A DNA stretch of 64,000 nucleotides from a virus, in IMG/VR virus record IMGVR_UViG_3300034071_001657. The stretch is one strand, 5' to 3'. The notes beneath the pieces were generated by a model. The model saw nothing but the letters and a program-made list of their open reading frames with translations. It searched no databases and was not told the DNA's origin. Below, one piece after another: positions 9,980 to 18,842 of the stretch (position 1 is its first letter; each line of letters opens with the position of its first letter). The position numbers were made by a program, and so were the translations under genes.

Positions 9980-10328
9980 TAATCTCCATGTTCCTCAAAT
10001 TCGAGGGGTAGTATTTCTCAAACTCATTAAGCGGCAATTCCATTTGATCCGTTTGATTTTCTTCATGTTCTAGGTCATGAACATACAACATTATAATCGC
10101 ATAGTGAATAATTTTCAAGATGTCTTTACGATTATAGCCATTCTTCTTACCATACCTCTGAGCATACTTGATGACATTGCCTCTTGTGAAGCCAATGCCA
10201 TCACCGTTGTCGATGATGAATTCAGTGGTTTGAATTCCATCAAGCCCATTTGCATAATGCTCAGTGTATGTTGAATCAATGTATGTCTTGAGTTCTTTTA
10301 GCAACTCATCTTCATTGTATTTGTACAT
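9963..10328 (-). CDS. DUF3310-like conserved T4-like protein
   Basis: Start MYKYNE with GAGG SD; HY...GNVIKYAQRYGKK...DILKIIHY. Confidence 0.75.
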   Translation of the reverse strand: MYKYNEDELLKELKTYIDSTYTEHYANGLDGIQTTEFIIDNGDGIGFTRGNVIKYAQRYGKKNGYNRKDILKIIHYAIIMLYVHDLEHEENQTDQMELPLNEFEKYYPSNLRNMEINDDTK

Positions 10329-10335
10329 GTTCACC

Positions 10336-11175
10336 TCAACGCTTTGGAGAATCTTTGCTGGCAGTGGGCGATGCGCCAATGGTTGCAATTGCGGCTAGAC
10401 TACCACCGAAGATATACGTGCCTGCATGTTTAAGCTTGACCCAAGGAAGCATCCAAACTTTAGAGCCAGACTTTCGAGCATATTGGCAGAACATATAGTC
10501 TTCTGACAAATAACGTTTTGAGTCTGGATCAATCACGCAGTCAAAGTATGCCATGATCTCTCGGCTACCATCAAATGCTTTAGTGCGAACGTGGTCTGGC
10601 TTATAGAGCCGTTCTGGATAGTCTCGGTCCATACGTTCGAATGCTTCACGTTTGATTAGCATGAAGCCAGTGCCACCCTCTTTTACTTCAACGGGTTCAT
10701 CAACACGAAACTTTTGAATGCCATCAACGGGATTGAAAACATAGTCGCCAACAAACTCCTCAAGCAAAAGAGGATTTTTATCAGCATAGCCTTTGTCTAC
10801 AGCAAGCTTGATTTTTTCCCATGAGATTGCTTTCTTTGGATACGGACCGCAGATGATGTCCATGTTGTCATTGTTGATAGCATAGTGATGAAGAACCAAA
10901 ACATCTTGGGCTTCAAAGTGGATATCGCTATCGATGAAAAGAAGGTGGTCATAATCACTTCGGAGAAATTCATCAGCAAGGTAGTTCCTCGCGCGTGTGA
11001 TCAATGATTCATTAAACATAAAGAAAAGCTTGGCCTCAATACCATACTTGGTACACATAGTCATGAGGTCTGCAATTGCTTTAGTGTAAGAGCCGTGACA
11101 CATACCACCGTACATAGGTGTGGCAATAAAAAGCTTCTTGGTTCTCAGTTGTTCTAGGTTCAATTCAATTTCCAT
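10336..11175 (-). CDS. GT-A fold glycosyltransferase-like protein
   Basis: IATPMYGG, ESLITRARN, LFIDSD (DxD), GTGFMLI, YLSEDYMFC; start MEIEL with GGAG SD. Confidence 0.75.
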   Translation of the reverse strand: MEIELNLEQLRTKKLFIATPMYGGMCHGSYTKAIADLMTMCTKYGIEAKLFFMFNESLITRARNYLADEFLRSDYDHLLFIDSDIHFEAQDVLVLHHYAINNDNMDIICGPYPKKAISWEKIKLAVDKGYADKNPLLLEEFVGDYVFNPVDGIQKFRVDEPVEVKEGGTGFMLIKREAFERMDRDYPERLYKPDHVRTKAFDGSREIMAYFDCVIDPDSKRYLSEDYMFCQYARKSGSKVWMLPWVKLKHAGTYIFGGSLAAIATIGASPTASKDSPKR

Positions 11176-11213
11176 AGTCACTCCATAAAAAAATACACTC
11201 TGATTATATATGC

Positions 11214-11238
11214 AAAAAGAGGCCTTTTTCAAGGCCTC
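11214..11238 (-). terminator. Rho-independent terminator after cobS, overlapping a possible TTGAAA-18-TATAAT promoter (11203-11232)
   Basis: GAGGCC/GGCCTC stem followed by TTTTT on the minus strand. Confidence 0.7.
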
Positions 11239-11260
11239 ACTTTGATTTGTACCGCTCAGA

Positions 11261-12433
11261 TTAAGCGGCTTGCACTGCCTCTACTGGCGCAGGCTCAACC
11301 GCAGCCGGCTGGGCATCATTGTCAATCTTGGTGTAGAGGTCCAAGAAGGAAGTTTTTGTTTCGTTATCGAAGCGGTTGATACAGTATTGAATCGCATCAA
11401 CTTTGTTTCCGAAGATTGCGAAAGCTTCAGCAATATGCACAAGACGGCGAGTGGAGATCAACTCATCAATCGCACCCTCTTCAAAGGTCTTGCGAATAAT
11501 GTCTGCCCACTTGACAAGGTTCTCGGCAAACGCATCGTCATTCAAACCAAGACTATCGAAAACTTTTTTCATAATCTTGATTTCGACTTTAGTGTCGGGA
11601 TACTCTTGCTCAACGGTGATCGGAAACCGCTCAAGGAAAGCATCATCGAGAATCGTGGCAGCCATGTAGCGACCAGTATCGTCGCCTTTGCCTTTGGTGT
11701 TCGCAGTAGCGACAACCGTGAAGCCGTTTGCCTTTTCGACAAACTCACCCGTTTTCTTGATGAGAATGCCTTTTCCTTCAAGGACGCCTTGCAAGCAAAT
11801 TAGTTTGTTAGAACCGCGGTCAATCTCATCGAGAACCAAAACAGAACCACGCTTCATGGCCTGAATGACAGGGCCATCAAACCATTTCGTTTCACCATCA
11901 ATCAGGCGAAAGCCACCGATCAAATCATCTTCATCGGTTTCGGGAGAAATATTCACTCGCAAGAATTCACGTTTGGATTGCGCACAAGCTTGCTCAACCA
12001 TGAAGGTCTTGCCGTTGCCAGAGAGGCCTGAAACGAACACGGGATAGAATCGATTGCTGGCAATGATCGATTTCATCTTATCGAAGAATCCAAAGGGAAC
12101 ATAGAGGCTGTTCACTTTGGGAATAATCGCACCCTCTTCAACACGACCGACTGAAGAAATTTTGGCAAGCGGCTTTGCTACCACAGGAGCAGCCACAGGC
12201 GCAGGTTGTTTGGGAAGTTCTACCACGTTAGAAACACCAGAAAGGTTAATATTAAATTCATCGAGAGGCAGGCGGTACGTGCCGCGACCGACTCGATATT
12301 TATCAGACTCAATCCAGAAGTGCCGAGCAAAACCTTCATTGGTCATCGAAACCAACTGCTGGCGAGTTACAACGGAACCGAAACGTTTGGCGGCTTCGGT
12401 CAGAAAGGTCACTTTATCAGATTGGCTAAGCAT
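11261..12433 (-). CDS. cobS: CobS/MoxR-type AAA+ ATPase
   Basis: GLSGNGKT, DEDDLIGGFRL, LDEID, TANTKGKG, AFLERF, ISTRRL; start MLSQ after AAGGA. Confidence 0.9.
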   Translation of the reverse strand: MLSQSDKVTFLTEAAKRFGSVVTRQQLVSMTNEGFARHFWIESDKYRVGRGTYRLPLDEFNINLSGVSNVVELPKQPAPVAAPVVAKPLAKISSVGRVEEGAIIPKVNSLYVPFGFFDKMKSIIASNRFYPVFVSGLSGNGKTFMVEQACAQSKREFLRVNISPETDEDDLIGGFRLIDGETKWFDGPVIQAMKRGSVLVLDEIDRGSNKLICLQGVLEGKGILIKKTGEFVEKANGFTVVATANTKGKGDDTGRYMAATILDDAFLERFPITVEQEYPDTKVEIKIMKKVFDSLGLNDDAFAENLVKWADIIRKTFEEGAIDELISTRRLVHIAEAFAIFGNKVDAIQYCINRFDNETKTSFLDLYTKIDNDAQPAAVEPAPVEAVQAA

Positions 12434-12466
12434 CACAAAGTCCTTGAAAATCAACAGTACATAGGG

Positions 12467-12495
12467 AGAATAACACGATTTCGGCGGTGTGTCAA
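12467..12495 (-). promoter_or_regulatory. Sigma70-type early promoter for cobS
   Basis: TTGACA-17-TATTCT with TGn extension. Confidence 0.75.
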
Positions 12496-14606
12496 GAGAT
12501 TTTTTCGACTACTTTCGAGAGAAGAACCCGATTGATGACCCGATTCTGGTTCATCTTGAGAAAAGCACCACGAAGACGGCGAGCATTGAACGAAGTGTTG
12601 TTTTCTCCCAACAGATCGTCCAGGTTCTCATCTTCAACTTCCAAATCCTTACCGCCAGGAATCAGGAAGTATTCATCGTAACCATAGTTTTTTACGCCAT
12701 AGAACTTTTCTTCCTTGAATTTTTTGAAATTCTCTTCCATGATATCACAACCGAACAAGCCCATGGCATGATCAAAGTCGCGGCGTTTCTTTGGAAGAAT
12801 ATAGAAGCCGATGAGATTGCATCCAGTTCGATCCTTTAGAATGTTCAGAAGAACAGGAGTAACACCCTTCGATCCAATCATGTAACGTTTGTTCGTTTGC
12901 TTATCGAAAATATACGATGATTGACTGATGGTCGATTCAGACAAAGAATAAAAAGAACCACGCATGCACAACGAAGAGGAGTCCTCGCCGTCGGTCAAGA
13001 AAACTACGTTTACGATTTCAGTTTTGTATTCTTTTCGGAAAGAATTCACAATACGGCTACTTGCGAAAATCGTATTGTTCAGAGGTGTGCCGCCAAGCCC
13101 CATAGCAGGGTTCAAATTCGACCGAAGCCGAGAGAACGCTAAATGGCTAACCGAAGCCAAGTGCAACAGGTCATTTGCCATGGTTCGAAATTCTGAAATT
13201 TTCATCCGACTAGAGAAAAGGTTCAGAAGATTGAAATGGCTATCCATCATCACCGAATTGGTTTCAAGGGAAGATTGAATACCATTGTCATGATGATTCC
13301 GCTCTTCAGAGTGGCGAAGATATTCGGTAGAGAATGCATAGACCTCATACGGCACTTTGATTTTCTGACAGAAATAGATTAGTGACAATAACTGTTCGAC
13401 GGTGCCGAGCAAATTATCACCCATTGAACCAGACCAGTCCAAGAACAAAACCAATCCGTGATTCTTGCCAGCAGGAATCGAACCGAACTTACGAAAGATA
13501 TCGTCATTAAACTTGTAGGTATGAAGCTTGTTAGTGTCAAGCACACCACTATCAGAAATCACCATGCGGCGAAGTTCGGCAGCCTTTTTGCGAAGTTCAA
13601 ATTCTTTGACCATGTATAGAATAGAATTCTTGATTTTCTTTTCAAAGGCCATAATTTGACTTGGCGAATCCGCAACAATCTTCTTACCGATATCATTGAA
13701 CACGGTACCGACAAGTTTTTTGAAGGGAACGATAAGCCGTTTCGGCTCGACACTTTGATCGGTAGCGAGATTGCCAACGCGAATAACTTTGTCAGATGAC
13801 GCCATTTTCTCCAGGGATTCCTGAAGCTTTTGATCCGTTAGAGACTTGATTTCATCACCATAGGCACCAACCTCATTCGGAGGTAAGGCATAATCAGCAC
13901 CATCGTTTTCCGAATACTCATCATCAAAGTCTTCAGAATCATCGAAATCATCGAAATCAAAATCGTCACCGAAATCATCGTCGTTTTTGCCAGAGAGCCG
14001 TTCAGCCATTTGCTCGGCAAACTCTTGCATCTCTTCTTTTTTGTCTTCCATCTCTTGCTTGCAATACTCGAAAATTTCTTTGCTAACTCGAACAACATCA
14101 TCGAAAGTATTGCAAGTTTCAACTTTGTCAACGAACGATTGTTCGGTGCTATCAAAGTCTAGACTGAGCATTGAGCCAATCTTGAAATGAAGATTGATTC
14201 GATCAATCAACAGAAGACCATCAAGGTTTTTGTTCTTCACGCCGAAGAAATCCATACGCATAAAGTCTTGATAACCTTTGCTGAAGGATCGCTTGAGGCC
14301 AGGGTAACGGTCTTTGATTTGCCGTTCGATACGGGCATCTTCGACAACGTTTAGGAACGTGCCAAAGCCGCTTGGCATACCGTCTTGAACTGAGCCGTAT
14401 TCAACAGGCGTAAAGATAGCATGGCCAACCTCATGACCGATAAAGAGGTCATGCATATCGTTGGTCATATCGTTAATGACTGGAAGAGTCAACGTGCGAG
14501 TTCCAACGTGAAAACTCGCGGTCGGAGTTTTTACATACTGAACATTGATGTTCTCGGTAGCCAGAAGCCTAGCGAGATTTGACTTAGAAATTTGATTGTT
14601 TTGCAT
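12492..14606 (-). CDS. CobT-like protein: HEXXH metallopeptidase-like domain, acidic linker, VWA/MIDAS domain
   Basis: HEVGH, NVVEDARIE, D/E-rich linker, DWSGSM, GGTPL, FLTDGE. Confidence 0.85.
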   Translation of the reverse strand: MQNNQISKSNLARLLATENINVQYVKTPTASFHVGTRTLTLPVINDMTNDMHDLFIGHEVGHAIFTPVEYGSVQDGMPSGFGTFLNVVEDARIERQIKDRYPGLKRSFSKGYQDFMRMDFFGVKNKNLDGLLLIDRINLHFKIGSMLSLDFDSTEQSFVDKVETCNTFDDVVRVSKEIFEYCKQEMEDKKEEMQEFAEQMAERLSGKNDDDFGDDFDFDDFDDSEDFDDEYSENDGADYALPPNEVGAYGDEIKSLTDQKLQESLEKMASSDKVIRVGNLATDQSVEPKRLIVPFKKLVGTVFNDIGKKIVADSPSQIMAFEKKIKNSILYMVKEFELRKKAAELRRMVISDSGVLDTNKLHTYKFNDDIFRKFGSIPAGKNHGLVLFLDWSGSMGDNLLGTVEQLLSLIYFCQKIKVPYEVYAFSTEYLRHSEERNHHDNGIQSSLETNSVMMDSHFNLLNLFSSRMKISEFRTMANDLLHLASVSHLAFSRLRSNLNPAMGLGGTPLNNTIFASSRIVNSFRKEYKTEIVNVVFLTDGEDSSSLCMRGSFYSLSESTISQSSYIFDKQTNKRYMIGSKGVTPVLLNILKDRTGCNLIGFYILPKKRRDFDHAMGLFGCDIMEENFKKFKEEKFYGVKNYGYDEYFLIPGGKDLEVEDENLDDLLGENNTSFNARRLRGAFLKMNQNRVINRVLLSKVVEKIS

Positions 14607-14630
14607 AACTTTCTCTCTCAGTATGTATGT

Positions 14631-14659
14631 ATCATAGCATGCTGGGATCGATATGTCAA
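14631..14659 (-). promoter_or_regulatory. Sigma70-type early promoter
   Basis: TTGACA-17-TATGAT with TGn extension. Confidence 0.8.
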
Positions 14660-15315
14660 GCCGCGGCTGTTGCAAATTTACAACAGTTTTTCATCAGAGT
14701 GTTCATCTCGATATCGGTATCCGATTCAGCAAGGCGCGTGGCAGTGGGAACGTCAATCTTGGGATCGACAACCTCACAGTTCCGTGCCCAAACCCAAACA
14801 ATATTTTTGTGAGTAGGATACTGCTTGCCGTTTCGTGCGGTGTAGGTAGTCATCTCATCATCGAGTGCAATGCCGAATTTCATCTCAAGATTGGAGCGCC
14901 ATCCCGTAGTGTAGGGGCGTTCAATTGCAACCACGACCTTGCCTACAGTGCCTTTGGCAGTGCGCCCAGAAACAACCTTGACAACAGAACCTTTCTCGGC
15001 AATCTTGGAGTTCTGAATCGCTCGATTCATACGGTGTTCGAAGTGTCGATTGTAAACAGCCTGCCGAATATCAGCAGCCAGGCTTTCAATATCACCGTCG
15101 ATAGTATACTCAACATCATCATCGAGCCACACGGACTTGATGGTTTTGCTTTCTGCATCCCAGTAGTAGGCGCTTGTGATCCACTCCCAAACGTCAGACA
15201 TTACACGCTCAGAGTTACCCTGAGTGTACAGAGTAGTGCCGACACCAACCACTTTGGTTTCGCGGATCGGACCCAGATTGGCATCGTAACCAACAGTGCG
15301 AGTGAACTTGATCAT
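14656..15315 (-). CDS. Early hypothetical protein with KOW-like motif
   Basis: KGSVVKVVSGRTAKGTVGKVV; first gene after an early promoter; codon style matches the early block. Confidence 0.65.
   Translation of the reverse strand: MIKFTRTVGYDANLGPIRETKVVGVGTTLYTQGNSERVMSDVWEWITSAYYWDAESKTIKSVWLDDDVEYTIDGDIESLAADIRQAVYNRHFEHRMNRAIQNSKIAEKGSVVKVVSGRTAKGTVGKVVVAIERPYTTGWRSNLEMKFGIALDDEMTTYTARNGKQYPTHKNIVWVWARNCEVVDPKIDVPTATRLAESDTDIEMNTLMKNCCKFATAAA
14667..14686. promoter_or_regulatory. Palindrome CTGTTG-N8-CAACAG just upstream of a -35 box (copy 1)
   Basis: ctgttg caaattta caacag. Confidence 0.55.
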
Positions 15316-15345
15316 TTCAAAGCCTTTTTAATCTCAACAGAATCT

Positions 15346-15373
15346 ATTCTACTCTGATTGCAGGATTTGTCAA
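15346..15373 (-). promoter_or_regulatory. Sigma70-type early promoter
   Basis: TTGACA-16-TAGAAT. Confidence 0.65.
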
Positions 15374-15385
15374 GCACTATCGAAA

Positions 15386-15405
15386 CTGTTGTTAAAATAC
15401 AACAG
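15386..15405. promoter_or_regulatory. Palindrome CTGTTG-N8-CAACAG just upstream of a -35 box (copy 2)
   Basis: ctgttg ttaaaata caacag. Confidence 0.55.
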
Positions 15406-15423
15406 AATGTGTGGGGTAAAAAC

Positions 15424-15443
15424 TACTGTATTCGTATACAGTG
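15424..15443. promoter_or_regulatory. LexA SOS-box-like site (CTGT-N8-ACAG)
   Basis: TACTGTATTCGTATACAGTG versus the E. coli-type consensus TACTGTATATATATACAGTA; intergenic. Confidence 0.5.
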
Positions 15444-15446
15444 GTT

Positions 15447-16019
15447 TCAACTTTGGTTGACATGCCGATTGATAAAATCTTGATATTTTATTTTAGGTTT
15501 GATATCAATACCTTTACTTTCTAGATATTGTTGTGCTTTTTCTATTCGTTTTGATTCTTCATATTCATTCATTACCTCATAGTAAGTACCAACTCCAATC
15601 TTAATATTTTTACAAATTTTTCTAATCGAATATCCTGCATCCCGCAATTCAATAATTTGTTTGCGTATTTTTTCTCCGTTTTCGCCAGTTATAGTGCTTG
15701 GTCTTCCCCAAGGTTTTCCATCCAATCTTTTTCTTTCAATACCTTCTTTAATTAATTCGCTACTATTAATTTTTTGAAAAGTAACTATACCATGCATAAT
15801 TCTATGATGCCATGAACATAAAGTTATTGTCGAATGCTCACTAATAAATCCCCTATCAAACAAAGCACTAAAGATTTCTTTTGGTGTACAATCTTTAATT
15901 TGTTTTGTATCATCATACTTAAAGTATTTTCTACTTTCTCTAGTATGAACTATTGGATCTATATGGTGTAAATGTAGATCGTCTTTTGATCCACATACTG
16001 CACAAAAATCTAGTTTCAT
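15447..16019 (-). CDS. HNH endonuclease fused to a resolvase-type arm and HTH (putative free-standing homing endonuclease)
   Basis: CAVCG..LHLHHIDP...ITLCSWHHRIMH; IKEGIERKRLDGKPWGRP; GYSIRKICKNIKIGVGTYY; more AT-rich than its flanks. Confidence 0.75.
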   Translation of the reverse strand: MKLDFCAVCGSKDDLHLHHIDPIVHTRESRKYFKYDDTKQIKDCTPKEIFSALFDRGFISEHSTITLCSWHHRIMHGIVTFQKINSSELIKEGIERKRLDGKPWGRPSTITGENGEKIRKQIIELRDAGYSIRKICKNIKIGVGTYYEVMNEYEESKRIEKAQQYLESKGIDIKPKIKYQDFINRHVNQS

Positions 16020-16035
16020 TATTTTATTTTCCAAA

Positions 16036-17592
16036 TTAAGGTTTATAGAATACGAAGATCGGCTCGTACTTGAGCCACATGCCGTTGACTTTGCAAAAGT
16101 TCTTGGCTTTGGGCAGACCAGTCTCAGAGTCCAATCGATTGCCGCCAGGCATCTGAGCCAAAGACATCTTGACCACACCTTTATACTGCATGCCTAACTC
16201 TTCAAGAATCTTTCGGCTGTCTTCTTCGAGAGGCAGCATATCTGCACCAAACTTTGCATCGGCAATATTCCACAGCAGATAACGATCATTGCGTAACCAC
16301 TCAACCGCAGTCTTCAGTGTTGGACGTAGAAAGCCCTCGCGCCATGCATCATAGCCAGTAAATTTTTTGTACGATTGTGTCGGGTCTTCACTATACGCCT
16401 CTTTTGCAAAGTAAGGCGGTGAAGTGAAGACCATATCTAGTTGTCCTTTGTATTCTTGGAATCGCTTGTCTTCTCCGATGACTTCGGAGCCCAATTGATA
16501 TACATCGAAACTATGGGAATTCTTAAACAAAACTCCTGCGTTCTTGGAGGCATTATAGAAATTAGCCAAATCGGCATACTTAGTAGAATTATCATCAATA
16601 GTGTGATCGGTATTAGGATCAGTACCCACATAGTGAAGAGGAACGCCAGTGCGAGCAGACATGGCACCGAGAATACGACCACCCCAACCACTAGAGGGAT
16701 CGTATACCACAATTCGAGTTTGGTTTTTAATGTGTTTAGTAAATTTTTCATAGAGGTACTTTGCAGTAAGTGGAGGAAAATTAACAGCGTACTGGCACCA
16801 CGAAACGCGAAATGCTTTCAGCCCGAGAGGAAACAACTTCTGACCATACTTGTACATGCGCAGGCGCAACTTCGTACTTGTTGGGTCTTTGATATTCTTC
16901 TTACAGTTTTCTGGAATACTCTCTACACTTGTAACTTCAAGATATTTTGCACCTTTCAAGTCTTCATTATAGCCAGTGTATTCATCGTCTTCATCACGGG
17001 ATTCGATCCAGTAGTCATATCCATAGTTACGGATGTTGTTTGATTCGAACCATTGTACAAATTCATCTCCAGTTTTAAACTTTCGCTTGTGGGTACCAAT
17101 CTGCACCAGTTCACCGATTTTGATTGTGTTAGAGTAGTGATAAAAAGAATCGCGTTTGAAATGTCTCTTTGCATATTTAAGAGTCTTCTCTAAAAGATCA
17201 TCACGGACAAAATGATCATAAATTGATAACCCGTCATCGTTCTTTGTGTAGTTGATTCGAGTCTTCATCATTGTGGGAAACCATTGATTGGCAGCATTGC
17301 CAACAACGCTTGTGTTGCGAACTACATCTTTTTCGCCTGTGAGTTCGTCGACCTGTTCAAATTCATGGACTGGAAACGAATGCATCTCTCGAAACTGTTT
17401 TCGAATCTCATCTTCATTCCACCCTACTCTAGGTGGTTGTCCTAGAACATCCCATGCGTAAACCACCGCCTTGCGTAGATCGATGAACCATTGTTTGAAT
17501 TCATCGTCAGTCATCCATTGTACTTGTTCGAACGTCTTGTTCGTTTCGTGATTTAATAGCCAATCATTGCGTTCGTAAAAATGTTTAGTCAT
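16036..17592 (-). CDS. Amino-group DNA methyltransferase-like protein (SPPY, probably N4-C) with a large N-terminal region
   Basis: YDPSSGWGGR (SAM-binding motif I), FTSPPYF (motif IV). Confidence 0.75.
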   Translation of the reverse strand: MTKHFYERNDWLLNHETNKTFEQVQWMTDDEFKQWFIDLRKAVVYAWDVLGQPPRVGWNEDEIRKQFREMHSFPVHEFEQVDELTGEKDVVRNTSVVGNAANQWFPTMMKTRINYTKNDDGLSIYDHFVRDDLLEKTLKYAKRHFKRDSFYHYSNTIKIGELVQIGTHKRKFKTGDEFVQWFESNNIRNYGYDYWIESRDEDDEYTGYNEDLKGAKYLEVTSVESIPENCKKNIKDPTSTKLRLRMYKYGQKLFPLGLKAFRVSWCQYAVNFPPLTAKYLYEKFTKHIKNQTRIVVYDPSSGWGGRILGAMSARTGVPLHYVGTDPNTDHTIDDNSTKYADLANFYNASKNAGVLFKNSHSFDVYQLGSEVIGEDKRFQEYKGQLDMVFTSPPYFAKEAYSEDPTQSYKKFTGYDAWREGFLRPTLKTAVEWLRNDRYLLWNIADAKFGADMLPLEEDSRKILEELGMQYKGVVKMSLAQMPGGNRLDSETGLPKAKNFCKVNGMWLKYEPIFVFYKP

Positions 17593-18067
17593 TCTCATTC
17601 ACTTTTCTTATAAAGATGCCACATTTATTTAGGAAATTTAATCCATCGTTCGCTCGATAATCTTCGGCATAGAAAACTTCTTTGATACCTGATTGATAGA
17701 TCATTTTAGCACACTCTAGACATGGTGCACAAGTTACAAAGAGACTTGCACCGTTACCGCTTTCGGTAGACTTGGCAAGTTTGGCAATGGCATTCGATTC
17801 AGCATGAAGGACTTCTGGTTTTGTTTTCAGTCCAACGTATGAGTATTCAAGACCAGGACCACCTTGTTCTTTAAACGCAACATCTTGTAAAACGATTTCG
17901 TCTTCGCAATTGTTATCCCATCCACTTGGCATACCATTGTAGCCAATGGAAATAATTCGATCATCTTTGACTACAATCGCGCCGACCTTTTTTCTCCTCG
18001 CGGTACTCAAGTTGCCGAACACTCTGGCAGACTTCATATATGCACCAAGATATTTTTCTTTAATCAT
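17585..18067 (-). CDS. cd: dCMP deaminase
   Basis: GYNG, HAESNA, PCLEC zinc motifs. Confidence 0.93.
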   Translation of the reverse strand: MIKEKYLGAYMKSARVFGNLSTARRKKVGAIVVKDDRIISIGYNGMPSGWDNNCEDEIVLQDVAFKEQGGPGLEYSYVGLKTKPEVLHAESNAIAKLAKSTESGNGASLFVTCAPCLECAKMIYQSGIKEVFYAEDYRANDGLNFLNKCGIFIRKVNEND

Positions 18068-18842
18068 TTTTAATTCCCAAAGTGGCATTTAACTTCGTTA
18101 AATCTGCACACGTATATTCTTGATAATTTTGTCTAATGTTATCTGGCATAGGCACTTCGACAATTTTCGCATTCGTTTTTTCTGCTACATGTTTCGCCAC
18201 ACTCAAAAATGAAGTGGGTGTTCCTGTGCCAACATTCCAAATTCCACACTCATCAATGTCTAGAAATTTTTCATGAACATCAAGAACTCGATTCACATGA
18301 ATAAAATCTCTCTGATATTTTTCTGAATTTTCAAATACTTTTATTTGACCACTGTTAATAGCTTGCTGTTCGAATTTGTGATACGGAGAAGCTTGATCAC
18401 CTTTGTGGTCTTCATGTGGCCCGTAGACATTGAAATATCTAAACCCTTGCAAAACAGTTTCAAGATAAAAGTGTGTAGAGTGCCTTTCAATTAGAAATTT
18501 AGACCACGCATATGGGCTTCTAGGATCAACTGAAGAACTTTCTTTGAACTCTTTGCCCGAACCATAAACAGAGGCTGAACTAGAATATTGTAATTTGACT
18601 CGCCAAAACGCACAGGCCCTAATTAGTTTTACTGTAAAGTCAAAGTTTTGTCGTAAGACTTTTTCAACATCACGTTCGACTGTTGATGACACTGCACCAA
18701 AATGCATAACAGTGTCAATATCAGCAAGATTCGGAAAAGTATTTTCATTGTAATCATACACAGTAATTTTATGTTTTTTGGAGAACCGCTCGACGGCATT
18801 CTGTCCTATAAATCCTTTGTTACCAGTAATCAATATGTTCAT
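18060..18842 (-). CDS. hldD: ADP-L-glycero-D-manno-heptose 6-epimerase
   Basis: TGNKGFIG, GAVSST, SSASVYG, YAWSK, RYFNVYGPHEDHKG.QAS, RDFIHV. Confidence 0.85.
   Translation of the reverse strand: MNILITGNKGFIGQNAVERFSKKHKITVYDYNENTFPNLADIDTVMHFGAVSSTVERDVEKVLRQNFDFTVKLIRACAFWRVKLQYSSSASVYGSGKEFKESSSVDPRSPYAWSKFLIERHSTHFYLETVLQGFRYFNVYGPHEDHKGDQASPYHKFEQQAINSGQIKVFENSEKYQRDFIHVNRVLDVHEKFLDIDECGIWNVGTGTPTSFLSVAKHVAEKTNAKIVEVPMPDNIRQNYQEYTCADLTKLNATLGIKND

Noticed and set aside
11261-14606. Cobalamin biosynthesis role for the cobS/cobT-like genes
   Set aside because: No cobN or other cob genes; a general AAA/VWA chaperone role is more parsimonious
11270-15357. Long plus-strand ORFs (e.g. 11270-11803, 14653-15357)
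   Set aside because: Antisense shadows of well-supported minus-strand genes with biased codon use; no motifs or RBS
15447-16019. Functional invertase/resolvase driving DNA inversion
   Set aside because: The catalytic serine-recombinase domain is absent, and I saw no flanking inverted recombination sites
16437-17174. Overlapping ORFs within the methyltransferase, including the 200-aa plus-strand ORF
   Set aside because: Fully nested in a motif-bearing gene; no independent signals
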